Source of the DNA: an uncultured Candidatus Sumerlaeota bacterium
GTDB lineage: Bacteria; Sumerlaeota; Sumerlaeia; UBA8349
Assembly: GCA_942493245.1 (NCBI GenBank)
Contig: OW818685.1
Location: 4,066,040-4,130,039 of the forward strand
DNA: 64,000 bases
Direction of reading: 5' to 3'
Shown here: piece after piece, positions 1-9,638 of the stretch
Numbering within the stretch: the first letter of the stretch is position 1
Layout: every line of letters begins with the position of its first letter
The notes under the pieces: generated by a model
Seen by the model: the letters and a program-made list of their open reading frames with translations, nothing else
Told to the model about the DNA's origin: nothing
The model's database searches: none
Program-made: the position numbers and the translations under genes

Positions 1-582
1 TGGTTGAATCGAGGGGTCCCGGCCCCGCCCGCCTGGAAGGAACGAATTCATCTCCAGAAAATAATTGGGACCAGAAACACTCCGTACCTTTCTTTCCTCA
101 ATCTCGCCGAGATTGAGAATCCTTCCTTCTCATACGCAAACGGCGTTTTCCGGTGGGACAATCTGACAACCGGAGAGTACCAGGTCCGAGTCCCTCCCCT
201 CCTGTCCGACGGGCAACTCGGTCCCGAGTCGTTGGCGTTCCGTTTTACGGTGAAGAGCCAGGAAACGACCCCGATTCGCTGGGGCGACGGGAATGCAGAC
301 TCGCTTTCCGGGCGGATTCTTAACGCGCAGAATCTTTCTTATTCGCGGGTGTACATCCGGTTATTGCAACCCCAAACGAGCCTATCAATACTCGATACAA
401 TTCAGGATTCCTTCAGTACGACAGATGGCACCTATCGGTTCGAAAGCCTCTTCCCGGGCGAGTACAAGATCCAAGTCACCGCGACTCCGTCGGAATATGG
501 AGCATCCGACGAAAATCTTTACCAAGGGACCGTCCAGGTAAACGGCGCCACGCAATACGACATCCCGCTTGCCCCTCGATAG
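1..582 (+). CDS. 3' part of a secreted/surface protein with carboxypeptidase-regulatory-like (Ig-like) domains; truncated by window edge
   Basis: Frame open from base 1 to TAG 580-582; motifs TDGTYRFESLFPGEYKIQV and NLTTGEYQVRV resemble Cna-B/carboxypeptidase-regulatory repeats. Confidence 0.55.
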   Translation, partial: WLNRGVPAPPAWKERIHLQKIIGTRNTPYLSFLNLAEIENPSFSYANGVFRWDNLTTGEYQVRVPPLLSDGQLGPESLAFRFTVKSQETTPIRWGDGNADSLSGRILNAQNLSYSRVYIRLLQPQTSLSILDTIQDSFSTTDGTYRFESLFPGEYKIQVTATPSEYGASDENLYQGTVQVNGATQYDIPLAPR

Positions 583-590
583 AAGAAACG

Positions 591-623
591 GGAGCCACAC
601 GAAAGTCGTTTTCGTGTGGCTCC
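591..623. terminator. Hairpin between convergent genes, probable bidirectional terminator
   Basis: Perfect 14-bp inverted repeat GGAGCCACACGAAA-gtcgt-TTTCGTGTGGCTCC. Confidence 0.7.
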
Positions 624-671
624 TGTATTATCGGGGGGGGGTATTGGTTTTCTATACTCTTTTCAACCCGC

Positions 672-2498
672 TCAATCCCACTTCAACACGCCGCCCGTGT
701 TGGCGCTCGTCGCCATACGCGCGTACTTGGCCAGGTAACCCGTTTTGATACGCGGCTCGGGGGCTTTATACGTCTTCGCGCGCTCGGCCAGTTCCGCATC
801 GCTCAGCCGCACGGCCAGTTTCTGGTTCGGCATGTCTATTTCGATGATGTCGCCCGTGCGCAGCAGGCCGATCGGACCACCCACCACCGCCTCGGGCGAG
901 ATGTGGCCGATACACGCGCCCGCCGTGCCACCCGAGAACCGCCCGTCGGTGATCAGCGCGCATTGGCTGTCAAGACCCAGACCCTTGAGATAACTGGTCG
1001 GCGAAAGCATCTCCTGCATCCCCGGACCGCCCCGCGGCCCTTCGTTGCGGATCACCACCACGTCGCCCGCCTTGACCTTGCCGCCCAGCAGGCCCTCGCA
1101 CGCTTCTTCCTGACTCTCGAAAATCACCGCCGGGCCGCTGTGGACCAGCATTTCCGGCTTCACCCCGGCCGTCTTGACCACCGCGCCCTCCGGCGCCAGG
1201 TTGCCGCGCAACACCGTCAGGCCACCCTCCTGGCTATACGCCTTGTCGCACGTCCGGATGCAGTCGTACGGGTCGAAACCCAGGTCCGGAATGTCGCGAA
1301 CGCTCGCGTATTTTTTCTCGTGGCTCATCGCCGGGGTCAGGCGCTTGCCCGACGGCTGAACCGCGGCCATCGCGAGCGCCTCAGGCGACGCCTTGTCCGA
1401 ACGGATGTCCCACTCGGCGATCTGCTCGCCCAGCGTCTTGCCCAGCACCGTCGGCACCTCGGTCTTCAGCAGACCCGGACGCCCCCGCAGGACTTCACCC
1501 AGAATCGCATGAATGCCCCCCGCCTGATGCACATCCTCCATGTGGTAGTCGCACGATGGCGACACCTTGCAGATGTTCGGCGTGCGGCGCGAAAGCGCAT
1601 TCACCCGGTCTAGGTCGTACTCGATCCCCGCCTCGTGCGCCACGGCCAGCATGTGCAGAAGCGTGTTGGTCGAACCGCCCATCGCCATGTCGAGCACCAT
1701 CGCGTTGTCGAACGCGTCGAGCGTACAGATTTTGCGGGGCAGAAGCGCATAATTCTCACCCTGGTCGCCAAACTCGCGCGCCATCGTGACAATCCGCTCG
1801 GAGGCCTTCTGGTAGATTTTCTTGCGCTCGGCGCTGGTGGCCAGCACCGTGCCGTTGCCCGGCAACGCCAGCCCGACCGCCTCGCACAGGCAGTTCATCG
1901 AGTTGGCCGTGAACATGCCCGAACACGACCCACAGGTCGGACAGGCGTAGTTCTCGATGTCGCCGAACTGCGCCTCGGTGATTTTCCCCACCGTCAGAGC
2001 GGCCACACCCGCGAACACGCTGATCAGGTCGGCCATCTTGCCATCGGGCATCCGGCCCGCCTCCATCGGCCCGCCCGAGGTGAAAATCGTCGGGATGTTC
2101 ACCCGCATGGACGCCATCAGCATCCCCGGAATGATCTTGTCGCAGTTCGGGATGCAGATCATGGCGTCGAAACAGTGCGCCCGCAGCATGGACTCGACCG
2201 CGTCGGCGATGATCTCACGCGAGGGGAGGGAATACTTCATGCCCGAGTGTCCCATGGCGATCCCGTCGCAAATGCCGATGGTGTTGAACACAAACGGCAC
2301 GCCTCCGGCGGCCCACACGCACTCTTTCACATACTCGGCCACCTGGTTCAGGTGGACGTGGCCCGGAATAATATCGGTATGCGAGCTGCAAATCGCGATA
2401 AACGGTTTCCCCATATCGGCGTCGGAAACCCCCGTCGCCTTCAAAAGACTGCGATGCGGGGCGCGCTCGATCCCCTTTTTCACCTGGTCGCTGAACAT
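672..2498 (-). CDS. ilvD: Dihydroxy-acid dehydratase
   Basis: Motifs PGHVHL, CDGIAMGH, NCDKIIPG, GSCSGMFTANSMNC, EGPRGGPGMQEM, TDGRFSG; ATG 2498 with AAGGAG at 2514-2509; 608 aa. Confidence 0.97.
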   Translation of the reverse strand: MFSDQVKKGIERAPHRSLLKATGVSDADMGKPFIAICSSHTDIIPGHVHLNQVAEYVKECVWAAGGVPFVFNTIGICDGIAMGHSGMKYSLPSREIIADAVESMLRAHCFDAMICIPNCDKIIPGMLMASMRVNIPTIFTSGGPMEAGRMPDGKMADLISVFAGVAALTVGKITEAQFGDIENYACPTCGSCSGMFTANSMNCLCEAVGLALPGNGTVLATSAERKKIYQKASERIVTMAREFGDQGENYALLPRKICTLDAFDNAMVLDMAMGGSTNTLLHMLAVAHEAGIEYDLDRVNALSRRTPNICKVSPSCDYHMEDVHQAGGIHAILGEVLRGRPGLLKTEVPTVLGKTLGEQIAEWDIRSDKASPEALAMAAVQPSGKRLTPAMSHEKKYASVRDIPDLGFDPYDCIRTCDKAYSQEGGLTVLRGNLAPEGAVVKTAGVKPEMLVHSGPAVIFESQEEACEGLLGGKVKAGDVVVIRNEGPRGGPGMQEMLSPTSYLKGLGLDSQCALITDGRFSGGTAGACIGHISPEAVVGGPIGLLRTGDIIEIDMPNQKLAVRLSDAELAERAKTYKAPEPRIKTGYLAKYARMATSANTGGVLKWD

Positions 2499-2647
2499 GG
2501 CTGTTTTTCTCCTTAAAATTACTGGCGGTCCGGTTTTCCGGACCCCTGTTTTTTGCCGACAGCACGCGCCGACGGTCCGGTCTGCCGACAAGGCAACGGC
2601 GGGACTGCGAGAAACGACGTCGTTCCGGATCGGCAAAACTCGCCCCC

Positions 2648-2676
2648 ACCCTAACAAACCCGCCCCCGCTTGTCAA
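2648..2676 (-). promoter_or_regulatory. Putative sigma70 promoter for ilvD
   Basis: TTGACA-N17-TAGGGT on minus strand. Confidence 0.5.
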
Positions 2677-2701
2677 AGCCTACTCGCGCCCCGTAGCTCC
2701 C

Positions 2702-2798
2702 GTACCGCCGACGTCCTCGCCGGCCCAAAGCAGTGCCGTACCGCAGGGGAGTCCCCGTCGGCTCAAAGCAGTGCTGTACCGCCGGCGTCCCCGCCGGC
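2702..2798. repeat. Cluster of three host REP-like units (GTACCGCCGGCGTCCCCGCCGGC family)
   Basis: Three related units here; further copies near 8289-8310, 10450-10472 and (reverse) 14845-14866. Confidence 0.6.
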
Positions 2799-2975
2799 AT
2801 CGCGGTTGAATTTCCTCAATGCTCGAAACAACCGGGTCCAGGGGGGACGACGTGGGCAAATGGACAGACGGGAAATCCGTCAGGAACTCCTCATTGTCCG
2901 GCGAATGATGAGGTTGTCGTTTGAGGAGGGATGCGGGAATTTCCCCGTCGCTGTAGAAGCAGGGATGGCTCGGAG

Positions 2976-3082
2976 GTGGCACGGGCGTCCCGCCCGTGAA
3001 TGGTCAACGTTTTCGTCGGCTGGGCCGGGGATTTCTGCCCCCTTCTTCCGGAACTCCTTCATGGGCGAGACGCCCATGCCAC
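2976..3082. repeat. Inverted pair of 23-bp REP-like palindromes (CAYGGGCGAGACGCCCRTGCCAC family)
   Basis: 2976-2998 (reverse) and 3060-3082 (forward); same unit recurs in the prophage. Confidence 0.75.
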
Positions 3083-3422
3083 CTCAGAACCGCCTTCCTC
3101 ATCTGCGTGAAGGTCCGCAAAGGGGGGATGTGGTGTCAGTAACCCAAAAGGTCATAAAGACAATGAGGCGTTTCTGGGGAAACAGCCTCCCCTTCAACTA
3201 TTCCCCGCTCCCTCCGGGCGCCTCGAAAAAAACGGAGCGCATTTTGGAGAGCATTTTGGGGTTGCTTCCTGCGAAACAGAAGACTATAAGAAAACTTTGG
3301 GCCTGCGGAATACTTTCCGCACGGCTTGTTGCGTCTGGATACGACGCCTCTGTCCCCAAGACAATTACTGTGTTCTCAATATGCTGGGTGTCACTTCAAC
3401 CGGTGAAAAGGATTCCTCAGAC

Positions 3423-5579
3423 ATGGCTATGAAGTTCGGCAAGCGCGAGAAAATGGTCGTAGTTTCAATCATCGGATTGTTAATCATTGGCGCGCTCGAC
3501 CTGTTGGTCTTTCGCAAGGCGGCTGAATCGTATCAACAGTTGGAAAAGCAACGTCAGGAACTGGCGGCGAAAGAAAGCAGCGCTGCGACGGTGCCGCAAG
3601 ATTTCGACCCCGAAAAATACAACGCCGAAACCGCCGTTGACGAAATCTTCATGTGGAAACTCGTCTTCGGCATGGACCTCATCACCACGCAGCCCTTCGT
3701 GGCCACCATGCCCAAACCCGTGAAACCCACCCTCCTGTCAGCCGAGGCGGCGGCAACTGCCATGGCGATGGCCGCCGCGCCGGGGGGAGCGACTGGCGCC
3801 ACCGGCGGCGCCACCGATTCGGCCTCCACCCCCCAGGAACTGGCCACCAAGATGGAAGACTATAACAAGAAGATGCAATCTTGGAGCAAGATCAAGGAAT
3901 GGAAAGACGCGGCGATCGAAGGGATTTTGACGCGCCAGATCGAACGCCTCATCAGCATGAAGGGCGCTTACGAAGGCAGTCAAACCTGGGCCGGCGACAT
4001 CATCCTGACCGACGACACCACGGCCACGATCAACACCCAGCTGACCAATCCGCTTCAGTTGCCTTTCCTCACCGGGGCCAACACCCAGAAAACCAAATAC
4101 TGGCAACTGCCCACCCAGTTGACTGCAACCGGGGCCGGTGTGTTGCCTCTAATCGGCGCGATCAACAACGAATTCTCTCTCTTCAGTATCGTCACCGAAA
4201 CCGATGTGCTCAACTACCAGCGCCGCCAGCAGACTTACAACCAGTCTATTACCGCTCTGGAAACGAATATGATTCAGCACCTGTTGCAACCGAACCGGCC
4301 CAAACCCGCCACGGCGGCTCACTCCGGCACGATGGTTCCCCTCCTCGCCAAGATCTGGCTTTCCCATCTCATCCTGCAACAAGTGGAAAGCACCGGACAA
4401 CCGGCGATGATTGACAACCAGACGCCGCTCAACGCGGCCACATTGCGCAGAATCCTCAAAACCAACCTCCCCGACGACCCCCTGAAACTCTATTACCTCC
4501 ACCGCCAGCTTTTCCACCTCGAGAAACTCCTCGCTCTGGCCCGGAAAAACAGCGTGATTTCAATTGACTCCGTCAAACTGGAACGCGAGTTCAACATGGT
4601 CACCTACCCGCCGGATGCGGTCCAACAGGCTCAGGCCAGTTCAGGCGCCACCCCGGCTGCGGGCGCGCCAGGAGCCGCCGGAGCCATGGGGGCGGCGGGG
4701 GCAGGCGGAGCCGCCGTCGCAGGGGCAACCACCGGACAACCGTTGGGTCTCGGTATGCTGGCGAACGTAGAAGGCGCCGTACCCACCGCGCAAGGCTATC
4801 AGGATCCCTATGCTGAACCGGATATTCTGCCCACCGATGCCACTGGCGCGGCGGGAGCAGGCGCGCCTGGAATGATGCCGGGCGGGATGATGGGCGGCGC
4901 CGGAGGCTATCCCGGCGGCGGCCGTGGTGGCTATCCGGGCGGGGGCGGGGGGTACCCGGGGGGTCGTGGTGGCTATCCGGGCGGCGGCGGTTATCCGGGC
5001 AGAATGGGGGGAGGGTATCCGGGCGCCGGCGGTTATCCGGGCGCCGGGGGCACGGAAGCGATGCCCGCCTACATGACGTCACGCTCGGAAATCGGCGTGG
5101 CCACTCTCCTCACGATCACCTTCACCGCGTCGAACAAGAACGCCATGCAATACCTCTACGAAATCACCCGCACTTCCGATCACTTCCGTATCGAAGGGAT
5201 GGATATCCAGGCCGTGCCCGGCGCACCGGACATGGTCACCGTCACGGTGACGATCGAAGCGCCCGCCACCATCAAAAACGTCTCGAAACCCACCGACCCG
5301 TTCATGAAAGACGGAGTCCCCACCCCCGTGCTGGGTGACGCCAGTAGCGGCGCCAAAACCCTGGCCCAGCGGCTGGCGTGGAAAAAAGAAAAACTCCAGA
5401 TAGATGTGGACAGTTGGATGAAGACCGCTCTGCAAAAAGCGGGACTGTCGTTGAAAGAACCCCCGGCGCCCGCTGAGGCGGCCACCCCTGGCGCAACACC
5501 CGGCATGCCCGGATCCCCCGGAGCTCCGGGAGGCGCGGCATCCGCGGAGGCAGTCCCCCCTGCGGCGCCAACCGCCTAG
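3423..5579 (+). CDS. Hypothetical bitopic membrane protein, PilO/GspM-like N-terminus, long Gly/Pro/Ala-rich linker with 7 GGYPG repeats
   Basis: MAMKFGKREKMVVVSIIGLLIIGALDLLVF (basic tail + TM + coiled coil); C-terminal TITF...FRIEGMDI...VTVTI beta pattern; family call is only resemblance. Confidence 0.55.
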   Translation: MAMKFGKREKMVVVSIIGLLIIGALDLLVFRKAAESYQQLEKQRQELAAKESSAATVPQDFDPEKYNAETAVDEIFMWKLVFGMDLITTQPFVATMPKPVKPTLLSAEAAATAMAMAAAPGGATGATGGATDSASTPQELATKMEDYNKKMQSWSKIKEWKDAAIEGILTRQIERLISMKGAYEGSQTWAGDIILTDDTTATINTQLTNPLQLPFLTGANTQKTKYWQLPTQLTATGAGVLPLIGAINNEFSLFSIVTETDVLNYQRRQQTYNQSITALETNMIQHLLQPNRPKPATAAHSGTMVPLLAKIWLSHLILQQVESTGQPAMIDNQTPLNAATLRRILKTNLPDDPLKLYYLHRQLFHLEKLLALARKNSVISIDSVKLEREFNMVTYPPDAVQQAQASSGATPAAGAPGAAGAMGAAGAGGAAVAGATTGQPLGLGMLANVEGAVPTAQGYQDPYAEPDILPTDATGAAGAGAPGMMPGGMMGGAGGYPGGGRGGYPGGGGGYPGGRGGYPGGGGYPGRMGGGYPGAGGYPGAGGTEAMPAYMTSRSEIGVATLLTITFTASNKNAMQYLYEITRTSDHFRIEGMDIQAVPGAPDMVTVTVTIEAPATIKNVSKPTDPFMKDGVPTPVLGDASSGAKTLAQRLAWKKEKLQIDVDSWMKTALQKAGLSLKEPPAPAEAATPGATPGMPGSPGAPGGAASAEAVPPAAPTA

Positions 5580-5727
5580 TCACCCGCTCCCGGACAGAAC
5601 CGAGCATTCGGAGTCACCCGATGCGAGTTGCCAGCAAGACGCCCCGCCGTTTCTCCCCGAGAGATGGCGGGGCAAAATATAAGAGGAAAACGGCTCCTCC
5701 AAGGCTCTCAAAGAAGGCCCCCAACCC

Positions 5728-6660
5728 GTGAGCGCTCCCCCCCCCCAGCCCCCCCGTTTCGCGCACCGCCTCGAGTATGGCCTGGTCGTCACCGTGCGCG
5801 CGCTCCTGCGGCTCGTGCCGGAACACTGGCACAACGCCGTTTGCCGGGGCGTGGGCTGGTTCTGGCAAACCGCAGCCCCCATCCGCCGCTCCGTTGTTCT
5901 CGACAACCTCCGCCGCGCATTTCCCGACCAGTCCCCGGCCTGGCACAGCCGGGTGGCCCGCGACTGCGTGGCGCACTTTGCCTACATGCTCGGATTCTTT
6001 CCCCTGATCGTGGAAAAAGGCGGCGCAGCGGCGCTCGAACGGCTGGTCGCAAAAGTGGAGGGGGAAGAATACGGCCAGGCGGGCGGAATCGGAAACGGAC
6101 CCAGCATTATGGCCAGCGCCCACTTCGGCAACTGGGAACTGGCCATTGACTATCTCACGGTCCACCGCCACCTGAAGGCGGCCGCCGTAGCCAAGCCCAT
6201 GCACAACCCTCTGGTCGAGGAACTGGTCGCCCGCAACCGCCGCAGATTCGGCTGGGACATCATCTCGACCCGCGAGGATCCCATCCGTCCCCTTCTGCAG
6301 GGTTTGCGGGACGGACTTTGCATGATTCTGCTGGCCGATCAGGACGCGCGCAGCGAAGGAATTTTTATCCCCTTCTTCGGCCACCTCGCCTCAACCCCGG
6401 TTGGCCCGGCCATGCTGGCCTGCCGCTTCAAGATCCCCCTGACCGTCGGACTGGCCCGTCGCGATCCACTCGACGGACGCCATTACCTGCGCTACTATCC
6501 GCCGCTTTTTCCCGATCCCGCAGCCGACCGCAAGACGGAAGTCGAACGCCTCACCCGCGCCTACCTCGCGTACCTCGAAGAAGCCATCCGCGAGCACCCG
6601 GAACAATACTTCTGGTTTCACAAACGCTGGAAAACCCGCCCCCCCGTCTCCACCGACTGA
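5728..6660 (+). CDS. Lipid A biosynthesis acyltransferase (LpxL/HtrB family)
   Basis: HFGNWE, LADQDA, FFG..ASTPVGPA and IREHPEQYFWFHKRWK motifs. Confidence 0.9.
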   Translation: MSAPPPQPPRFAHRLEYGLVVTVRALLRLVPEHWHNAVCRGVGWFWQTAAPIRRSVVLDNLRRAFPDQSPAWHSRVARDCVAHFAYMLGFFPLIVEKGGAAALERLVAKVEGEEYGQAGGIGNGPSIMASAHFGNWELAIDYLTVHRHLKAAAVAKPMHNPLVEELVARNRRRFGWDIISTREDPIRPLLQGLRDGLCMILLADQDARSEGIFIPFFGHLASTPVGPAMLACRFKIPLTVGLARRDPLDGRHYLRYYPPLFPDPAADRKTEVERLTRAYLAYLEEAIREHPEQYFWFHKRWKTRPPVSTD

Positions 6661-6845
6661 GCGGAATGGCGACGCCTGGAATTCCGATCGTGCCCGTCTC
6701 AGCATGCGCGAGCGCTTTGACCATCGGCGGTCGCCGTTCGTACAGTCAGCGTCCCCGTCAGTATCGGTTTTCCTCACAGATCCTGCCACGTTGCATTCTT
6801 CATGATGCGAACTCGAAGGAGGCTTTCGGAATAGGAAAAAAACCT

Positions 6846-6914
6846 GGACAGGATGACAGGATCAACAGGATGCGAATCGAATCTCCCATATCCTGTAAAT
6901 CCCGTTATCCCGTC
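6846..6914. repeat. Inverted pair of triple 8/9-bp tandem repeats (ACAGGAT x3 / ATCCYGT x3) between convergent genes
   Basis: ggACAGGATgACAGGATcaACAGGATg ... catATCCTGTaaATCCCGTtATCCCGTc. Confidence 0.65.
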
Positions 6915-7028
6915 TGTTCTTCTTTGTTTTTTCATCGCAAGAAGGATTCTCACCAGGGGATAGAAGATTGCTTCCGGATGCCGCCCGAATCGTGTCATTT
7001 TGAATGCGACTGCGTATCAGATCTCTCC

Positions 7029-8228
7029 CTAAAAATGCAGAAAACTCGATTCCGACGGTTGGACAACAGCCCCCTGCCGATCCACGAACCGAACCCCTTG
7101 CGGCTCCGCCGTCACTTTCCCGATCCGCGTGATGCGCAACGGACGACCACCCCCCGCCGCCCGCGCCACCGCATCCCGCCAGTTCTCAAACGGCTCGGAG
7201 GTCGCAAAAACCAACTCATAGTCCTCCCCTCCCGTCAACGCCATCTGCTCCGGCGCGACGGAACAGCCCGCCGCATACCGACGCAAGGCGGACGAAAGAG
7301 GAAGCGCGGCCAGACGCACCTCGAAACCACAACACGACGCACGCGCCAGGCGTGGCAGATCGCACGCCAGACCGTCGCTCAGGTCCATCATCGCCGCATC
7401 GGGACACAGTCGCGCGATAGCGCCTCCAGCCGCAACCCGCGCCCCGGGGCATTGGTGACGCTGCACCAGAAAAGCCCGATCCCGGGCCGGGAGTTGAGAG
7501 AACGATTCGACCGCCCGTTTTCCCGCACCCTGTGGCCCCAACTTCAGAGAAACACCCGATACTGCCGACTCGGCTGACTCGGCCTCCTGGAGCAAAATCC
7601 GCAAGCCCGCCATCGAGTCGCCCAGGGTGCCCGTAACATAGAGAGACTGCCCCACCCGCGCCCGGTTACGCAAAGGCGCTTCCACGCCGGGCATCAACAA
7701 TCCGCCCGCCACAACATTCAACACCACCCGTTCCGACCGCACCGTATCGCCTCCCAGGCAGAGGCAACCGTAGGGGTCCAGCGCGTCGCGCATCCCGGTA
7801 TAAAGCGCTTCGATCCAGTCCGCCGAAATGTCCGCCGGAACCCCAAGCGACACCAGAATCCACGCGGGCCACGCCCCCGCCGCCGCCAGATCGCTCAGAT
7901 TCACCTCCACCGCTTTCGCGCCCAGAACGCGCGGCGGATGAGAAGACAGAAAATGCGTTCCCTCGACCAGCAGATCGGTCGTCAGGGCCATGCGCGAACC
8001 AGCGCCTCCTCCCACCCGAACCAGCGCCGTATCGTCGCCAATATCCGCAAGCACTTCGAACGCGGCCCAGGAAGGCACTCCCGCCGACTTCCGGTCTTTC
8101 CGCCCACACCCATCCCGACGCATCCAACGGGCAATCCGCTCCACCAGCGCGTTTTCCCCCAATGCGCCCAGAGTATGCCCCAGCGACTCGTCCAGTGTTT
8201 TACCCGAAGTCAGAATCTGCTTTTTCAT
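7029..8228 (-). CDS. thiL: Thiamine-monophosphate kinase
   Basis: IGDDTA, TTDLLVEGTHF, VNLSDLAAAG, GGDT, VTGTLGDS, MDLSDGL, GGEDYELVF; start taken at ATG 8228 (MKKQ), could be later. Confidence 0.9.
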   Translation of the reverse strand: MKKQILTSGKTLDESLGHTLGALGENALVERIARWMRRDGCGRKDRKSAGVPSWAAFEVLADIGDDTALVRVGGGAGSRMALTTDLLVEGTHFLSSHPPRVLGAKAVEVNLSDLAAAGAWPAWILVSLGVPADISADWIEALYTGMRDALDPYGCLCLGGDTVRSERVVLNVVAGGLLMPGVEAPLRNRARVGQSLYVTGTLGDSMAGLRILLQEAESAESAVSGVSLKLGPQGAGKRAVESFSQLPARDRAFLVQRHQCPGARVAAGGAIARLCPDAAMMDLSDGLACDLPRLARASCCGFEVRLAALPLSSALRRYAAGCSVAPEQMALTGGEDYELVFATSEPFENWRDAVARAAGGGRPLRITRIGKVTAEPQGVRFVDRQGAVVQPSESSFLHF

Positions 8229-8416
8229 AGTCCCCTGCCGTCCGCCCCAGCGGTTCGGACCGCCAACATCACCAACCCGCGCGGTTCGGACCGCCGGCGT
8301 CCCCGCCGGCGCCGTGGTAAAACTCCCTCGCACTCTGGAAAATTTTCCGTTGAACCGGGTGAACAAAGTGACCGGAGTAAACAATACCGAACCGACGAAT
8401 AATCCCGCCGGTCCCC

Positions 8417-9094
8417 TCAACCCAAACCTGCGTCCCCACCACCCTGTGATTTCTTTCGGAAACACTCAATCCGTTCCATAAACTCCCGAACGGCTCCAAC
8501 GGGATCGGCGGCGCGGCAAATCGCGGAAATCACGGCCACATTCTCCACCCCGGTGGCCAAAACCGAATTGAGATTCTCCAGCCCGATCCCCCCGATCGCC
8601 ACCACAGGCAACCGGCTGTTGCGGCAGGCCCACTCGATCAACTCGACACCCGTCACCGGGTCGGGGAACTCCTTCGACGCGGTGGAAAAAACCGGTCCCA
8701 CGCCGATATAATCCACCGGCAAGTCCTGCGCCTGTTTGATCTGATCGCGATTGTGCGTTGAGAAGCCGACAATTTTGTTCGGGCCGACAATCAGCCGGGC
8801 CTCGAGCGGGGAGATATCCCCCTGCCCCACATGGACCCCGTCGGCGTTCAAATGCAACGCCAGCCAGGGATCGTCATTGACCATAAACTGAATACCCGCG
8901 GCATGCGTGATCTGACGCAGTTCCTGCCCCACCCGCTCGACCACATCAGGGTCAATGTCCTTGGCGCGCAGCTGGACCACCCGCAATCCCGCCTGCGCGG
9001 CCTCGCGCACAAAAGCGGGGAAACGCTCACTTCGCACCATTGCTTCATCGGAAAGCAGGTAAAGGCCCCAATGCCCGGGTTGGGAAGAGGTCAT
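8417..9094 (-). CDS. thiE: Thiamine-phosphate synthase
   Basis: VQLRAK, VNDD, DGVHVGQGD, GFSTH, DYIGVGPVFSTASK, VAIGGI. Confidence 0.95.
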   Translation of the reverse strand: MTSSQPGHWGLYLLSDEAMVRSERFPAFVREAAQAGLRVVQLRAKDIDPDVVERVGQELRQITHAAGIQFMVNDDPWLALHLNADGVHVGQGDISPLEARLIVGPNKIVGFSTHNRDQIKQAQDLPVDYIGVGPVFSTASKEFPDPVTGVELIEWACRNSRLPVVAIGGIGLENLNSVLATGVENVAVISAICRAADPVGAVREFMERIECFRKKSQGGGDAGLG

Positions 9095-9100
9095 CTCGGA

Positions 9101-9589
9101 TTATTCCCGGAAAAGATCGCCCACAACCAGCGCGCTGGCCTTGCGGGACTGTTTCTGCAGATCGCCCACTTCCTTTTCGAGCTGACGCTCGGTCTCACGC
9201 AATTCCGCCACCCGCTCTTCCGCTTCCGGAATCAACGCCTCGCGCAACTCCTGCAACTGCTCATGACGATCCTGCACGCCCCGTTGCAGACTCTTGACCA
9301 CATTCTCCTGCGTCTGAAGAATCTTGGTCTTCAAGGCAAGCAATTTCTTGCGCTCCTTGTCCTGCTCATCGCCGATCTTCTTCTTCAACTCGTCAATGCG
9401 CGCCTCTTCCTTGTCCAGGCGTTGACGCGCTTCGTCGTTGGCGTTGTTGCTGGCCACCAGTTTCAGAATCTCGCTGCGGGAGTTTTCCAGAGAATCCAGC
9501 CGCTCTTCCAGCCGCGTGATCTCGCGATCATGCTCCAGACGCGTTTCCTCGTACTTGGCGATCAGTTCTGTCAATTCTTTCAAAGGCAT
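9101..9589 (-). CDS. Hypothetical coiled-coil protein (162 aa) inside thi cluster
   Basis: ATG 9589 with GGAG upstream; E/K/L/R heptad-rich sequence. Confidence 0.7.
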   Translation of the reverse strand: MPLKELTELIAKYEETRLEHDREITRLEERLDSLENSRSEILKLVASNNANDEARQRLDKEEARIDELKKKIGDEQDKERKKLLALKTKILQTQENVVKSLQRGVQDRHEQLQELREALIPEAEERVAELRETERQLEKEVGDLQKQSRKASALVVGDLFRE

Positions 9590-9638
9590 AACGACATCGT
9601 TCTCCTGAGGCAGGCCGTTTGCGGCCCATGCATCTTTT

